Shown one piece after another: positions 49,664-58,283 of a stretch of 64,000 nucleotides of DNA. The notes below the pieces were generated by a model. It was not told the origin of the DNA. It did no database searches and saw only the letters and a list, made by a program, of their open reading frames with translations. Both the position numbers and the translations under genes were made by a program. How positions within the stretch are numbered: position 1 is the first letter of the stretch; each line of letters begins with the position of its first letter. The stretch comes from Candidatus Micrarchaeota archaeon (lineage in GTDB: Archaea; Micrarchaeota; Micrarchaeia; Anstonellales; Bilamarchaeaceae), in contig JBBSVN010000003.1 in NCBI GenBank assembly GCA_038046765.1, positions 32,001 through 96,000 of the forward strand, read 5' to 3'.

Positions 49664-49804
49664 ATGGCATACGAAGGAGGAGACAGAACAATGTACGATG
49701 CTACATGTTCAAAATGCGGTCAACCATGTCAGGTACCATTTAAACCATCAGATGGTCGACCAGTTTACTGCAGGAATTGTTACAAACCAAAATCAAGATT
49801 CTAA
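49664..49804 (+). CDS. CxxC-x17-CxxC zinc-ribbon small protein; not in track
   Basis: AGGTGA SD; MAYEGGDRTMYDATCSKCGQPCQVPFKPSDGRPVYCRNCYKPKSRF. Confidence 0.92.
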   Translation: MAYEGGDRTMYDATCSKCGQPCQVPFKPSDGRPVYCRNCYKPKSRF

Positions 49805-49877
49805 TCTTAATTTTAAAACAATTTCAGCATTTTTTTAATTTTTTCTTTATTTTTTCTTTTTATTAAAATAAATAGAT

Positions 49878-50864
49878 CTAATTTTCTCTAGACGTCATAT
49901 AATTAGTTAAATCAATTAATACTTGTTTAGCATGGCTTGTGTTTAATACATCTAAATTCTTTTTTGCACTTTCAATTAAATCTCTGGCTTTTTTGTCTGC
50001 TCTTTCAATTGAACCATACTTCTTGAAAAGTTCAATCACATACCTTATTTCTTTTTCTCCAGCTTTTCTTGATTGTAAAATTTCTTTAAGCCTTTTTGAC
50101 TCATCGTTTGTTGTTTTTTCCAGAGTATATATTACCATAAGAGTTCTTTTACCCTCAGTAATATCGCCGCCTATCTCTTTTTTATACTTCTCAAAATTTC
50201 CGGTGACATTTAATATATCATCTTGAATTTGAAATGCTTTTCCTATATTTTGCCCATATGTTTTAAGCGCTTCTCTTTCTTTTTGCGATGAATTAGCTAA
50301 GAACGCTCCGAGTTCGCAGGAAAATGCCATAAGTTCAGTAGTTTTTCCATCGATCATAGATATATACTCGCTTTCGCTTATGCTAAATTTATTATTTTGA
50401 TGCCAATCAAGTTCCCTTCCTTGGCCTTCAACAACTTTCTTAAAAGTCAAAGCGTACATTTTTTGTACTTCTTGTAACTTTGCGGGTTCTAAGTCCAGAT
50501 GAGTAATCTTTTGCCAGATCAAAGTATAAAGTGCGTCTCCTGAGTTAAGTGCAATAGGTAATCCATATTCTATATGTAACGTTGGTTTACCGCGCCTAAA
50601 TTCCGAATTATCGCAAATATCATCGTGAATTAGGGTAAAATTGTGGAATAGCTCGATTATTGCAGCGGCTTTAATTATTTTTTTAGGATCGCCGTTGCAG
50701 ACTTTATTGCATAAAATTGCCAAAAGAGGTCTTATCCGCTTACCTCCTCTTTTAATATACTCTAAAAGCATACCATAAACTTCTTTCGGTTCATTTGCAA
50801 GCGTTCGTTCGATTTCTTTTTCAATTTCTTGCATTTCTTCTTTTGCAATTTCGTAAAAAGACAT
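49878..50864 (-). CDS. Polyprenyl (GGPP) synthase
   Basis: GGKRIRP, HDDICD, RRG, FQIQDD, EGKRT. Confidence 0.95.
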   Translation of the reverse strand: MSFYEIAKEEMQEIEKEIERTLANEPKEVYGMLLEYIKRGGKRIRPLLAILCNKVCNGDPKKIIKAAAIIELFHNFTLIHDDICDNSEFRRGKPTLHIEYGLPIALNSGDALYTLIWQKITHLDLEPAKLQEVQKMYALTFKKVVEGQGRELDWHQNNKFSISESEYISMIDGKTTELMAFSCELGAFLANSSQKEREALKTYGQNIGKAFQIQDDILNVTGNFEKYKKEIGGDITEGKRTLMVIYTLEKTTNDESKRLKEILQSRKAGEKEIRYVIELFKKYGSIERADKKARDLIESAKKNLDVLNTSHAKQVLIDLTNYMTSREN

Positions 50865-50869
50865 TAGAA

Positions 50870-51175
50870 TCACTTCTTCACGATTTGTTTGTGGCTACAT
50901 TTATTACAAATAATTTCGAAACAATTTAACTTACGGTTAAAACTTACCTTAACCGTTTCTTCTAAAACCCATAAGGATTGGCATTTTCTGCAAAACTTTT
51001 GTTTTTGTGCCTCGCTTAATCGAATTTTATATTTTTTAACCATTTTCCATGCTAGCTCAATGTAGCGATGTGCAAGTTTTTTATCAACATTATAAACCTT
51101 TTCGGCTTCCTTTATATAAATATCAATCGCATCTTTTGCGATATTCTTTATAAATACTTTCTTATCATTCTTCAC
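50870..51175 (-). CDS. rnp4: RNase P protein Rpp21-like (component 4)
   Basis: LAHRYIELA...KIRL...FCRKC...CNKC. Confidence 0.8.
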   Translation of the reverse strand: MKNDKKVFIKNIAKDAIDIYIKEAEKVYNVDKKLAHRYIELAWKMVKKYKIRLSEAQKQKFCRKCQSLWVLEETVKVSFNRKLNCFEIICNKCSHKQIVKK

Positions 51176-51180
51176 TATTA

Positions 51181-52026
51181 GTGATCAATTTGGAAGATTT
51201 TATATATCAATACTATCTAAAGCCAATAATAAATGGCGAAGGGTATAACCCAATTAATACTGCTACTTATGCAATAATTGCAATAATCTGTTTATACTTG
51301 ATTTTTCTAGCGTTTAAAAAGTATAACTTAAAGGTCGACCGTAATTTCGTAAAAGCAGTGTTTCCATTCGTACTTTTTGGTTCTACAGTTCGGGTGGTTA
51401 CTGATGCTATAACAAGCGGTGTGTTTAAACCCGTAACTATCGTTCACGAGCTTATTTTAAAATCTGGAATATACAATTACAGTTATTTTACGGTTACTCC
51501 TGGAATTTATATTATAGTTGCATTCTTGCTTTTTGCTTCTATGATCGTACTAAAACTACTTAAAAAGAGCGAATATTTAGGCTATGTTGGTGCAGTTCTT
51601 TTTGTATTTCATCTGTTACTTCTGATTCCTTTTATGACTTATTGGGTCAATTTGATTCCAGTTTTAGTTTTAGCACTAATTCCTGCTTTAATCGCAAGTC
51701 GCGTCTTTAAAAATGATTTTTCAACTTTAATGGTAGCCGGGCACGCGCTAGATGGGGCTGCAACCTTCTGGGTTATCGATGTTTTTGGGCCAAGCGTAGG
51801 TTTAAAATATTTCGAACAACACGTACTAGGTTCAGCTATAGGAGACTTCTTTGGTACTTATTTTGCTTTTTATCTGGTTAAAATCCTAATTGTGTTTGGA
51901 GTCTCTTATTTACTAATAAAAGAAAAAGAAGATGAAAACTTAAAGAATTTTGTTGCCTTAGCTATTGCAATTATGGGATTTGCGCCTGGAGTTAGGGATA
52001 TTCTTAGAATGCTTGTTGGTGGCTAA
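51181..52026 (+). CDS. DUF63-family membrane protein
   Basis: GYNPINT, HALDGAAT, YFEQH, GFAPGVRD. Confidence 0.85.
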   Translation: MINLEDFIYQYYLKPIINGEGYNPINTATYAIIAIICLYLIFLAFKKYNLKVDRNFVKAVFPFVLFGSTVRVVTDAITSGVFKPVTIVHELILKSGIYNYSYFTVTPGIYIIVAFLLFASMIVLKLLKKSEYLGYVGAVLFVFHLLLLIPFMTYWVNLIPVLVLALIPALIASRVFKNDFSTLMVAGHALDGAATFWVIDVFGPSVGLKYFEQHVLGSAIGDFFGTYFAFYLVKILIVFGVSYLLIKEKEDENLKNFVALAIAIMGFAPGVRDILRMLVGG

Positions 52027-52038
52027 TTTTAATTTAAG

Positions 52039-52626
52039 TTGATTAACTTGATAGTTGGAATCGATCTAGCTGGTAGCGAGAAACGAGATACTGGATTTTG
52101 CGTAATCACAGATAAACTAGCTAAAGTTCAAATTCTTAATACAAACGAGCAAATAATTGAAAAAATTACAGAATTAGCAGACTTGATTCGCATTGTATGC
52201 ATTGATGCCCCCTTAACTTTACCTTCCGGAAGAATTTCTCTAGAAGAAAATAATGGAATTCATTTTAGGCAGTGTGATCTTGAACTTCGAAAATTAGGGA
52301 TTCGTTTTTTTCCAATTACACTTGGCCCGATGCGAATGCTCACTAAACGTGGAATGTTTCTAAAGGAAGAAATACTTAAGATTAATCCTAAAATTAAAGT
52401 TATTGAAGTTTATCCTGGGGCGAGTTACGATATTTTTAAAGTTAATCGCAAAGACGAAAAGCAAATAATCAAATGGATAAAATCTTTTGTAGAAATAAAA
52501 GATCTCGCATATACTCAAGACGAACTCGATGGAATTTGTTGTGCGATTACTGGGAAGTTATATTTGGAAGGTAAAGCTAGGGGGATTGGGAACGATGACG
52601 GAAAAATAATCATTCCAATTATTTAA
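52039..52626 (+). CDS. DUF429 RNase H-fold nuclease-like protein
   Basis: GIDLAG, IDAPL, IEVYP, DELDG. Confidence 0.85.
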   Translation: MINLIVGIDLAGSEKRDTGFCVITDKLAKVQILNTNEQIIEKITELADLIRIVCIDAPLTLPSGRISLEENNGIHFRQCDLELRKLGIRFFPITLGPMRMLTKRGMFLKEEILKINPKIKVIEVYPGASYDIFKVNRKDEKQIIKWIKSFVEIKDLAYTQDELDGICCAITGKLYLEGKARGIGNDDGKIIIPII

Positions 52627-52628
52627 GC

Positions 52629-53408
52629 TTACCTTATATCAACTGGTCCAGCTAAAACCATCCTAAAGGAAACGTTCCCTGTTTGGTCAAAGAATTCCAT
52701 GCAAGGCGAATCATTAACTCGATGGGATTTTCCATTAGGCATTCTTAATACTGCATTGGTATCAACTGGTGCGCCGTTTTGATTCGGCATTACTGCATAC
52801 TTAAGATCTTGGTTTGTTGTTTGTCCTTCAACCCGAAAGTTTGAATTTATTGCAGAAACACTAGGTTTAATTGTTACATATCCTAAGGAATCCATTACAT
52901 GTGAATTTGTTTGTCGGTCTAATGTGTAAGTAAATGCGCCTTGATAAACTGCCATATTTATGCTTACAGGTATTCTTGATCCATTTAAATCATAAGAAAA
53001 AGCTAGAAGCGGTCCGTTATTAGTAACCGTTTGAGTTTCAATATACTTTCCGTTTGGTAATCTACCATATTGCTTTCCATTTGATGCATCAAAAACAATC
53101 TCACTAACTGAATAATACCTATTATTGGGTGCCTGTCCTTGGTTTATTATAAATGAACCGTCGATACTTGTTAGTCTAAAAAGTGTTCCTTGCGTTACGT
53201 TAGTTTGAGTTTCTCCGTCTCTAGTATAAGTCCAAGGACCCTGAATTCCCATTGCAGTTATCTGTTGTCTTGATACTTGCAAATATCTTTGTAAATTAGC
53301 TGCAGTTAATTCTTCCGGTAGTTCCTGTCTTTTTCTTGGTCTTGCTGCAAGTTTTTCTTCAATTGCTGGAGGTTTTACTTCTGGTTGCTTAAACGTTGGC
53401 GTTGCCAT
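52629..53408 (-). CDS. Hypothetical protein, beta-rich
   Basis: GGTGA SD then ATG at 53408 (MATPTFKQ). Confidence 0.7.
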   Translation of the reverse strand: MATPTFKQPEVKPPAIEEKLAARPRKRQELPEELTAANLQRYLQVSRQQITAMGIQGPWTYTRDGETQTNVTQGTLFRLTSIDGSFIINQGQAPNNRYYSVSEIVFDASNGKQYGRLPNGKYIETQTVTNNGPLLAFSYDLNGSRIPVSINMAVYQGAFTYTLDRQTNSHVMDSLGYVTIKPSVSAINSNFRVEGQTTNQDLKYAVMPNQNGAPVDTNAVLRMPNGKSHRVNDSPCMEFFDQTGNVSFRMVLAGPVDIR

Positions 53409-53480
53409 AAAAATATCACCAACGTAATTGGGGGGGGGCAAAGTTTATAATTCTGTCTACAAATTCTGCAGAATTTGGAG

Positions 53481-53538
53481 ATGTCGCAAAGAAACGTCTT
53501 TGCGAACATGCTCGTGAAGGGTGCTCCTCTTCACGACA
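53481..53538. repeat. 58-nt twin-hairpin element, copy 2
   Basis: atgtcgcaaagaaacgtctttgcgaacatgctcgtgaa-N11-ttcacgaca. Confidence 0.8.
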
Positions 53539-53663
53539 GCCAGAGAAGACCTTCTGCTCTTCTCTGGATTTTGTGTTCGCGAGTTTAGTGTTTTGGATTT
53601 TTTGTTCAAAATTCCGAACACTTTTACCACTTTCTGGTCGATTTTTCGAACACTTTTTGTTTT

Positions 53664-54398
53664 TTACAAGCTTTCCAAAAACTCTTCTTCTAAGAAATGT
53701 AATTTTCCCGGAACAATTATTGCAAAAGGCGATTTACCTAATTGATCTACCTTGGTTAATAGTTCTTCTATTTTTCCATAATTTATTTTCTCGTCCTTTT
53801 CTCCAATTCTTGATAAAACAGCAATTGATTTATTCGTCAAAAATTCTTCTGTATCTGTTTTCTTTATTAGTTCCAGTCCGAGTTTAGCTTCCATCGGTTC
53901 TGGTTGCGTATCTAATAAAACCAGTGTATGTGCTCCTCTTTCTAAGTTTTCCTTAATTAGATTAAACCATGAATCAGGTTTATACTTCTCTCTTGGTGTT
54001 GCAATCGAAGCTGTTTTTCCAAATTTATATATTTGTAATCCGCATTTACCAGCTGCTGCTACAAAAATCGAAGAATTATGGATAACAAGCGTTTCAATTT
54101 TTGCCTTTTTCATATCTATAAGTAATGCGCTATGCGTTGTTGCGGTTAAAGGATCGCCACCACAAAGTAATGCAATTCTTTTCTCCTTAGCTCGTTTAAC
54201 TAGAAAATCACTTTCAATTGATTCGCGTTCAAGTAGGTTTATTTTCTTGTCTAACCTTTTTTCCAGTTCTGCTATTTTTTCCTTTTCCATTGGCAAGGTA
54301 TACGCTTCTATATATATTTCATCACACTTTTTAAGTTCTTCCATGCCTAACTCTGTTAAATCAAATGCGATTCCAGTACCGATTAAAGTGAATTTCAT
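53664..54398 (-). CDS. dph5: Diphthine synthase
   Basis: EAYT, GDPLTATTH, GLQIYKFG, HTLVLLD, LHFLEEE. Confidence 0.95.
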   Translation of the reverse strand: MKFTLIGTGIAFDLTELGMEELKKCDEIYIEAYTLPMEKEKIAELEKRLDKKINLLERESIESDFLVKRAKEKRIALLCGGDPLTATTHSALLIDMKKAKIETLVIHNSSIFVAAAGKCGLQIYKFGKTASIATPREKYKPDSWFNLIKENLERGAHTLVLLDTQPEPMEAKLGLELIKKTDTEEFLTNKSIAVLSRIGEKDEKINYGKIEELLTKVDQLGKSPFAIIVPGKLHFLEEEFLESL

Positions 54399-54438
54399 GA
54401 TTTATTATTGATAAGTTAATAATTAATAGTTGAGTCAT

Positions 54439-54879
54439 ATGTCTACTAAACCCAAATACAAACCAAAGCCACCTAAACCATCTGCAAAAGTTCGTGCAGA
54501 AAAGGATATTATGCTTGCTACACCTACTGCCATGGCAAATATTGCAAGAATGCGCAAAGATCGAATGAAAAGGTTACCTAAAGAAGAGCTGCTTGTTAGA
54601 AATTTAGATGATGCAAAGCTTAATTACTCAAGGGTTTTAGATACATTATTTGTCTTAGGCAGAAAAGACCATGATGAATCAATAAGATTACTTGCGTTAA
54701 TTGCGCTATTAAATACTTATGGAAGAATTTTAGACTCAAAAACAGTACTAACTGTTTTTAGTGTCCGATTGCCTACTATTGATGGTTCTTTTGAAGTAGA
54801 TTTAGCTAAAAATAAGGTTACTTTTTCTTCTTTTAGAGACCAGATATTTGATATTTGCGATCTTTTAAAAACAAGCTAA
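54439..54879 (+). CDS. Basic orphan protein, paralog A
   Basis: Shares TPxAMA and GSFxVDLA motifs with the next ORF. Confidence 0.65.
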   Translation: MSTKPKYKPKPPKPSAKVRAEKDIMLATPTAMANIARMRKDRMKRLPKEELLVRNLDDAKLNYSRVLDTLFVLGRKDHDESIRLLALIALLNTYGRILDSKTVLTVFSVRLPTIDGSFEVDLAKNKVTFSSFRDQIFDICDLLKTS

Positions 54880-54905
54880 ATAGATTAATTTTAATGGTTG
54901 ATCTT

Positions 54906-55322
54906 ATGCGTGAAAAAATTCAAGTACACAGGAATAACCCAAAGCCGCTATCCAAAGAAGCTAAAATAAGAAGAAAAAGAATCCATGCAGACATAATTGT
55001 TACACCTAGAGCAATGGCGCGTGCAAATACAGAAAGACGAAAACGTTTTGCTAACTTTCCGCCTGCAATAGATTTTGATACAGTAAAAACAGAAACACCA
55101 GAAAATATTAAAAAAGCTAGAAAAGCAAGGAGTTTATCTCAAAATCAGGATGTTAAGGATGCATTAACTGTGCTTATAGATTTATATAATAAAATAATTG
55201 AATTAGGGGAAATAAAATTATCTCATCAAATTGGCAGCTTTGTTGTTGATTTAGCTGCTGGTACAATAACGAAGATAGGATCTTCTAATAAATCGTTCAA
55301 AATCGGAGAACTTTTAGATTAA
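54906..55322 (+). CDS. Basic orphan protein, paralog B
   Basis: TPRAMA...GSFVVDLA; start may be 54894 or 54906. Confidence 0.65.
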   Translation: MREKIQVHRNNPKPLSKEAKIRRKRIHADIIVTPRAMARANTERRKRFANFPPAIDFDTVKTETPENIKKARKARSLSQNQDVKDALTVLIDLYNKIIELGEIKLSHQIGSFVVDLAAGTITKIGSSNKSFKIGELLD

Positions 55323-55338
55323 TAAAAATTAATTTTAA

Positions 55339-55374
55339 GACGCGGTATTTAAGGAGTAGATATTTTACCGCGTC
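55339..55374. terminator. Hairpin between converging transcription units
   Basis: gacgcggta...taccgcgtc, 9-bp stem. Confidence 0.45.
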
Positions 55375-55399
55375 CTAGTTTTTCTTTATAGAAAAGTTT

Positions 55400-55738
55400 G
55401 CATACTATTCGCTTTAGGGTCCAAGCAACCAGCGTGTGCTTTGCTAATATCTAACCAGACTTCTCTCGCGATACGTCTGTCCTTGATACCGGGCATTAGA
55501 CAGCAAGGTCAGAGGTTTAAGACTTGCAATAGATTATATTCTAAATGCACTGTTACGAATTCCCATTTACAGATGCACAAGATTCCAAGGACAATTGTAT
55601 AGGCCTCAAACTTTTAATGGATGGCTCCTAGTTTCCTAAGATTTTTTGTTTTACCGCTCCATCATACTTGGTTTATCCAGCGAATAATATGCGTTGAATG
55701 CAAGAGCATTCAATCCTTCAAACATAAGCCCGAAGGGA
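55400..55738 (-). ncRNA. Large structured ncRNA candidate, class unknown
   Basis: Gap with no ORF in the track; 14-bp closing helix, multiple stems with G-U pairs favouring the minus strand, GNRA loops, TATA-like TTTAAAT about 25 nt upstream. Confidence 0.7.
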
Positions 55739-55817
55739 ATATTAATACAAAAGAAAGATTTAAATAGATTTATTTTTACCTTGGAGAACTAGTTTCACAT
55801 TGTTTTCCTTAGACTAA

Positions 55818-56186
55818 CTAAAAAATTAGTTTATCTCCGATTAGGATGTTATGATTCTTTGTAAAATTAGCGTTTACTTCTAAGATGTATTTTGCTGATT
55901 CTGATGAACAAACCGTTTGAGATGGAAACATCGAAGAAGAAAGTTTTTCTATCGTAATTATTCTTTTATCTTCTGAAATAAAAATAACGTCCAGTGGAAT
56001 TAGTGTAAACATATTCCATATTTTATAGTTGCCTGATTTGTCAAAGATAAATAACATTCCCTGGTTTTTTGCTAAGGATTTACGAAACATTAATCCAATT
56101 ACTTTTTTTATAAAAGTGTCTGCCACTTCGAGTTCGAGCGATATCTCCTTTGATTTAGTTTTTATTAAAATTTTTTTAGTAAACAT
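55818..56186 (-). CDS. DUF192 protein
   Basis: EVADT...GLMFRKSL...GMLF...PLDVIF...YILEVN. Confidence 0.9.
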   Translation of the reverse strand: MFTKKILIKTKSKEISLELEVADTFIKKVIGLMFRKSLAKNQGMLFIFDKSGNYKIWNMFTLIPLDVIFISEDKRIITIEKLSSSMFPSQTVCSSESAKYILEVNANFTKNHNILIGDKLIF

Positions 56187-57120
56187 ACTCAACAAATCTC
56201 GCACGCTCTTGTTTATTGTTCGAACTTATAATAAGTGAATTTGTAGTTATTTGATTCTCATCCTTTCTAACTCCCTTTAGTAAATCGCCATCAGTAACGC
56301 CTGTTGCGATAAATGTCATTTCTCTTCCTTTTGCTAGTTCGTCTATATTGTAAATCTTATCTAAATCAGTTATTCCCATTTTGTGCGCTCGTTCCTTTTC
56401 ATTATCATCTTTGCATTTTAATCTTCCTTCAAAGTATCCTCCTAATATTTTTAATGCAACTGCAGTAATCGTTCCTTCTGGTGCTGCACCAATTCCTAGA
56501 AGCATATCTACATTGCAAATCTCAAAAGCAGTAGTTACTCCTCCAAACACATCCCCGTCAGTTATGAGTTTTACATTTGCGCCCTTTGCCTTTATTCTAG
56601 AAACGATCTCCGCATGTCTTGGTCGATCTAGGACAACAACCGTAATTTGATATAATTCTTTACCTGTTTTTTTAGCAATTGCATCTAAATTTTCTTCAAC
56701 CGATTTAGATAAAGATACAACATTGCCAATTTTAGGCCCAACTGCTATTTTTTCCATGTAAACATCTGGGGCGTGAAATAAATTCCCTTCCGGAGCTGCT
56801 GCAAATACGCAAATCGCATTTGGTTTATTTTCAGCACATAAATTAGTTCCTTCTAAAGGATCAACGGCAATATCTACCTTTAAACCGGTTCCTTTGCCTA
56901 ATTTTTCGCCAATAAAAAGCATTGGCGCTTCGTCTCGTTCGCCTTCTCCGATTACTACTGTTCCGTCAAATTCGATATCATTAAACTTAGCGCGCATCGC
57001 TTTAGTTGCTGCATCATCCGCAGCGTGTCGATCATTTTTACCAATCCAAGGGTAAGACGCGATTGCTGCTGCGATAGTAACTTTTAGGAATTCTGTTTCG
57101 AGTTGTTTAGTTATTTTCAT
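56176..57120 (-). CDS. glpX: Fructose-1,6-bisphosphatase class II
   Basis: VIGEGERDEAPML, DPLEGT, LDRPRH, DGDV, TGVTDG. Confidence 0.96.
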   Translation of the reverse strand: MKITKQLETEFLKVTIAAAIASYPWIGKNDRHAADDAATKAMRAKFNDIEFDGTVVIGEGERDEAPMLFIGEKLGKGTGLKVDIAVDPLEGTNLCAENKPNAICVFAAAPEGNLFHAPDVYMEKIAVGPKIGNVVSLSKSVEENLDAIAKKTGKELYQITVVVLDRPRHAEIVSRIKAKGANVKLITDGDVFGGVTTAFEICNVDMLLGIGAAPEGTITAVALKILGGYFEGRLKCKDDNEKERAHKMGITDLDKIYNIDELAKGREMTFIATGVTDGDLLKGVRKDENQITTNSLIISSNNKQERARFVEYVY

Positions 57121-57141
57121 GTAAATTACCTTTTGTGGATT

Positions 57142-58155
57142 CTATTTCGTATTATAAACTCCCTTCATATGCTCAATCGTAGTTGGTACGTAATCATAAG
57201 CGTGTCCAGCTGAACCAAATGCAATAAATCTTTCCTTAATTACTTTTTGCATTGCTTCCCGAGCTGGAGTTAAATATTCCCTTGGGTCAAATTTATCTGG
57301 GTTTTCATAAAGAAATTTTCTAACTGCTGCAGTTGAAGCGAGTCTTAAATCAGTATCAACATTTATTTTCCTAACTCCCGCTGCTATCCCCTCTTTAATT
57401 GCCCATAAAGGAACGCCATAAGTTGGTGCTAGTTTTCCGCCGTATTTATTTATCTGTGCAAGTAACTCTTGTGGAACTGAAGAAGATCCATGCATTACCA
57501 TATGTAAATTAGGACATCGTTTATGAATTTCACGAATAATATCCATTGCAAGTAAGTTTTTATCTGGGTCTGGTTGTACTTTAAATTTATAAGCGCCATG
57601 AGATGTTCCAATAGCAACTGCGAGCGCGTCAACACCCGTTTCATGAAGAAACGTTTCAACCTGATTCGGGTCAGTTAAATGAATTTTTCCAGAACCTACT
57701 CCATCTTCAATCCCACCTAAAGTTCCAAGTTCTCCTTCAACTGTTACCCCGAATTTATGAGCATATTCAACTGCTTCTTTGGTTACCTTTACGTTTTCTT
57801 CATAAGTTGTTGGAGTTTTCGCATCTTCTTTTAATGATCCATCAAGCATTACTGAAGTAAAACCCAAGGAAATTGCTGTTTTAACTGATTCCAGATTGTT
57901 TCCATGGTCTAGGTGTAGTGCGATGGGTATTTTCGGGTATTTCTCAACACAAGCCATCATGATATTTCTCAAAAATATAAGATCGCTGTATTTTAACGCA
58001 CCACGAGAAGCGGCCATTATAACTGGAGAAGAAACTTCTTCGGCTGCACGCATTATCGCTTGCGCCTGTTCCATGTTGTTAACGTTAAAATGCGGTACTC
58101 CGTACTGTTTTTTTGCTGCTTCATCTAAGATTTGTTTCATAGGTACTAAAGGCAT
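57142..58155 (-). CDS. fba: Fructose-bisphosphate aldolase class II
   Basis: HLDHG, VEGELG, GTSHGAYKF, MHGSSS, KINVDTD. Confidence 0.96.
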   Translation of the reverse strand: MPLVPMKQILDEAAKKQYGVPHFNVNNMEQAQAIMRAAEEVSSPVIMAASRGALKYSDLIFLRNIMMACVEKYPKIPIALHLDHGNNLESVKTAISLGFTSVMLDGSLKEDAKTPTTYEENVKVTKEAVEYAHKFGVTVEGELGTLGGIEDGVGSGKIHLTDPNQVETFLHETGVDALAVAIGTSHGAYKFKVQPDPDKNLLAMDIIREIHKRCPNLHMVMHGSSSVPQELLAQINKYGGKLAPTYGVPLWAIKEGIAAGVRKINVDTDLRLASTAAVRKFLYENPDKFDPREYLTPAREAMQKVIKERFIAFGSAGHAYDYVPTTIEHMKGVYNTK

Positions 58156-58283
58156 AAGTTTCACCTTGGATTATTATTTTTGCAACTCTTTTAACACTTG
58201 ATAAGAAGGAGTTGAATTCGACCCCTTTGAAATTATTATTTGTTTATAAATTTTATATTGGCTACCTTATTTATATCTCTTGT

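Noticed and set aside
53457..53480. Duplicate of the dph5 3' end, analogous to the uvrA case
   Set aside because: Similarity is weak (ILQNL* vs FLESL*) and is explained by a palindrome.
55400..55738. Firm assignment of the structured RNA as RNase P RNA, SRP RNA, tmRNA or a self-splicing intron
   Set aside because: Only a partial CR-I/CR-V resemblance; no SRP helix-8 motif, no tRNA-like ends, and no group I P7 or group II domain V recognised.
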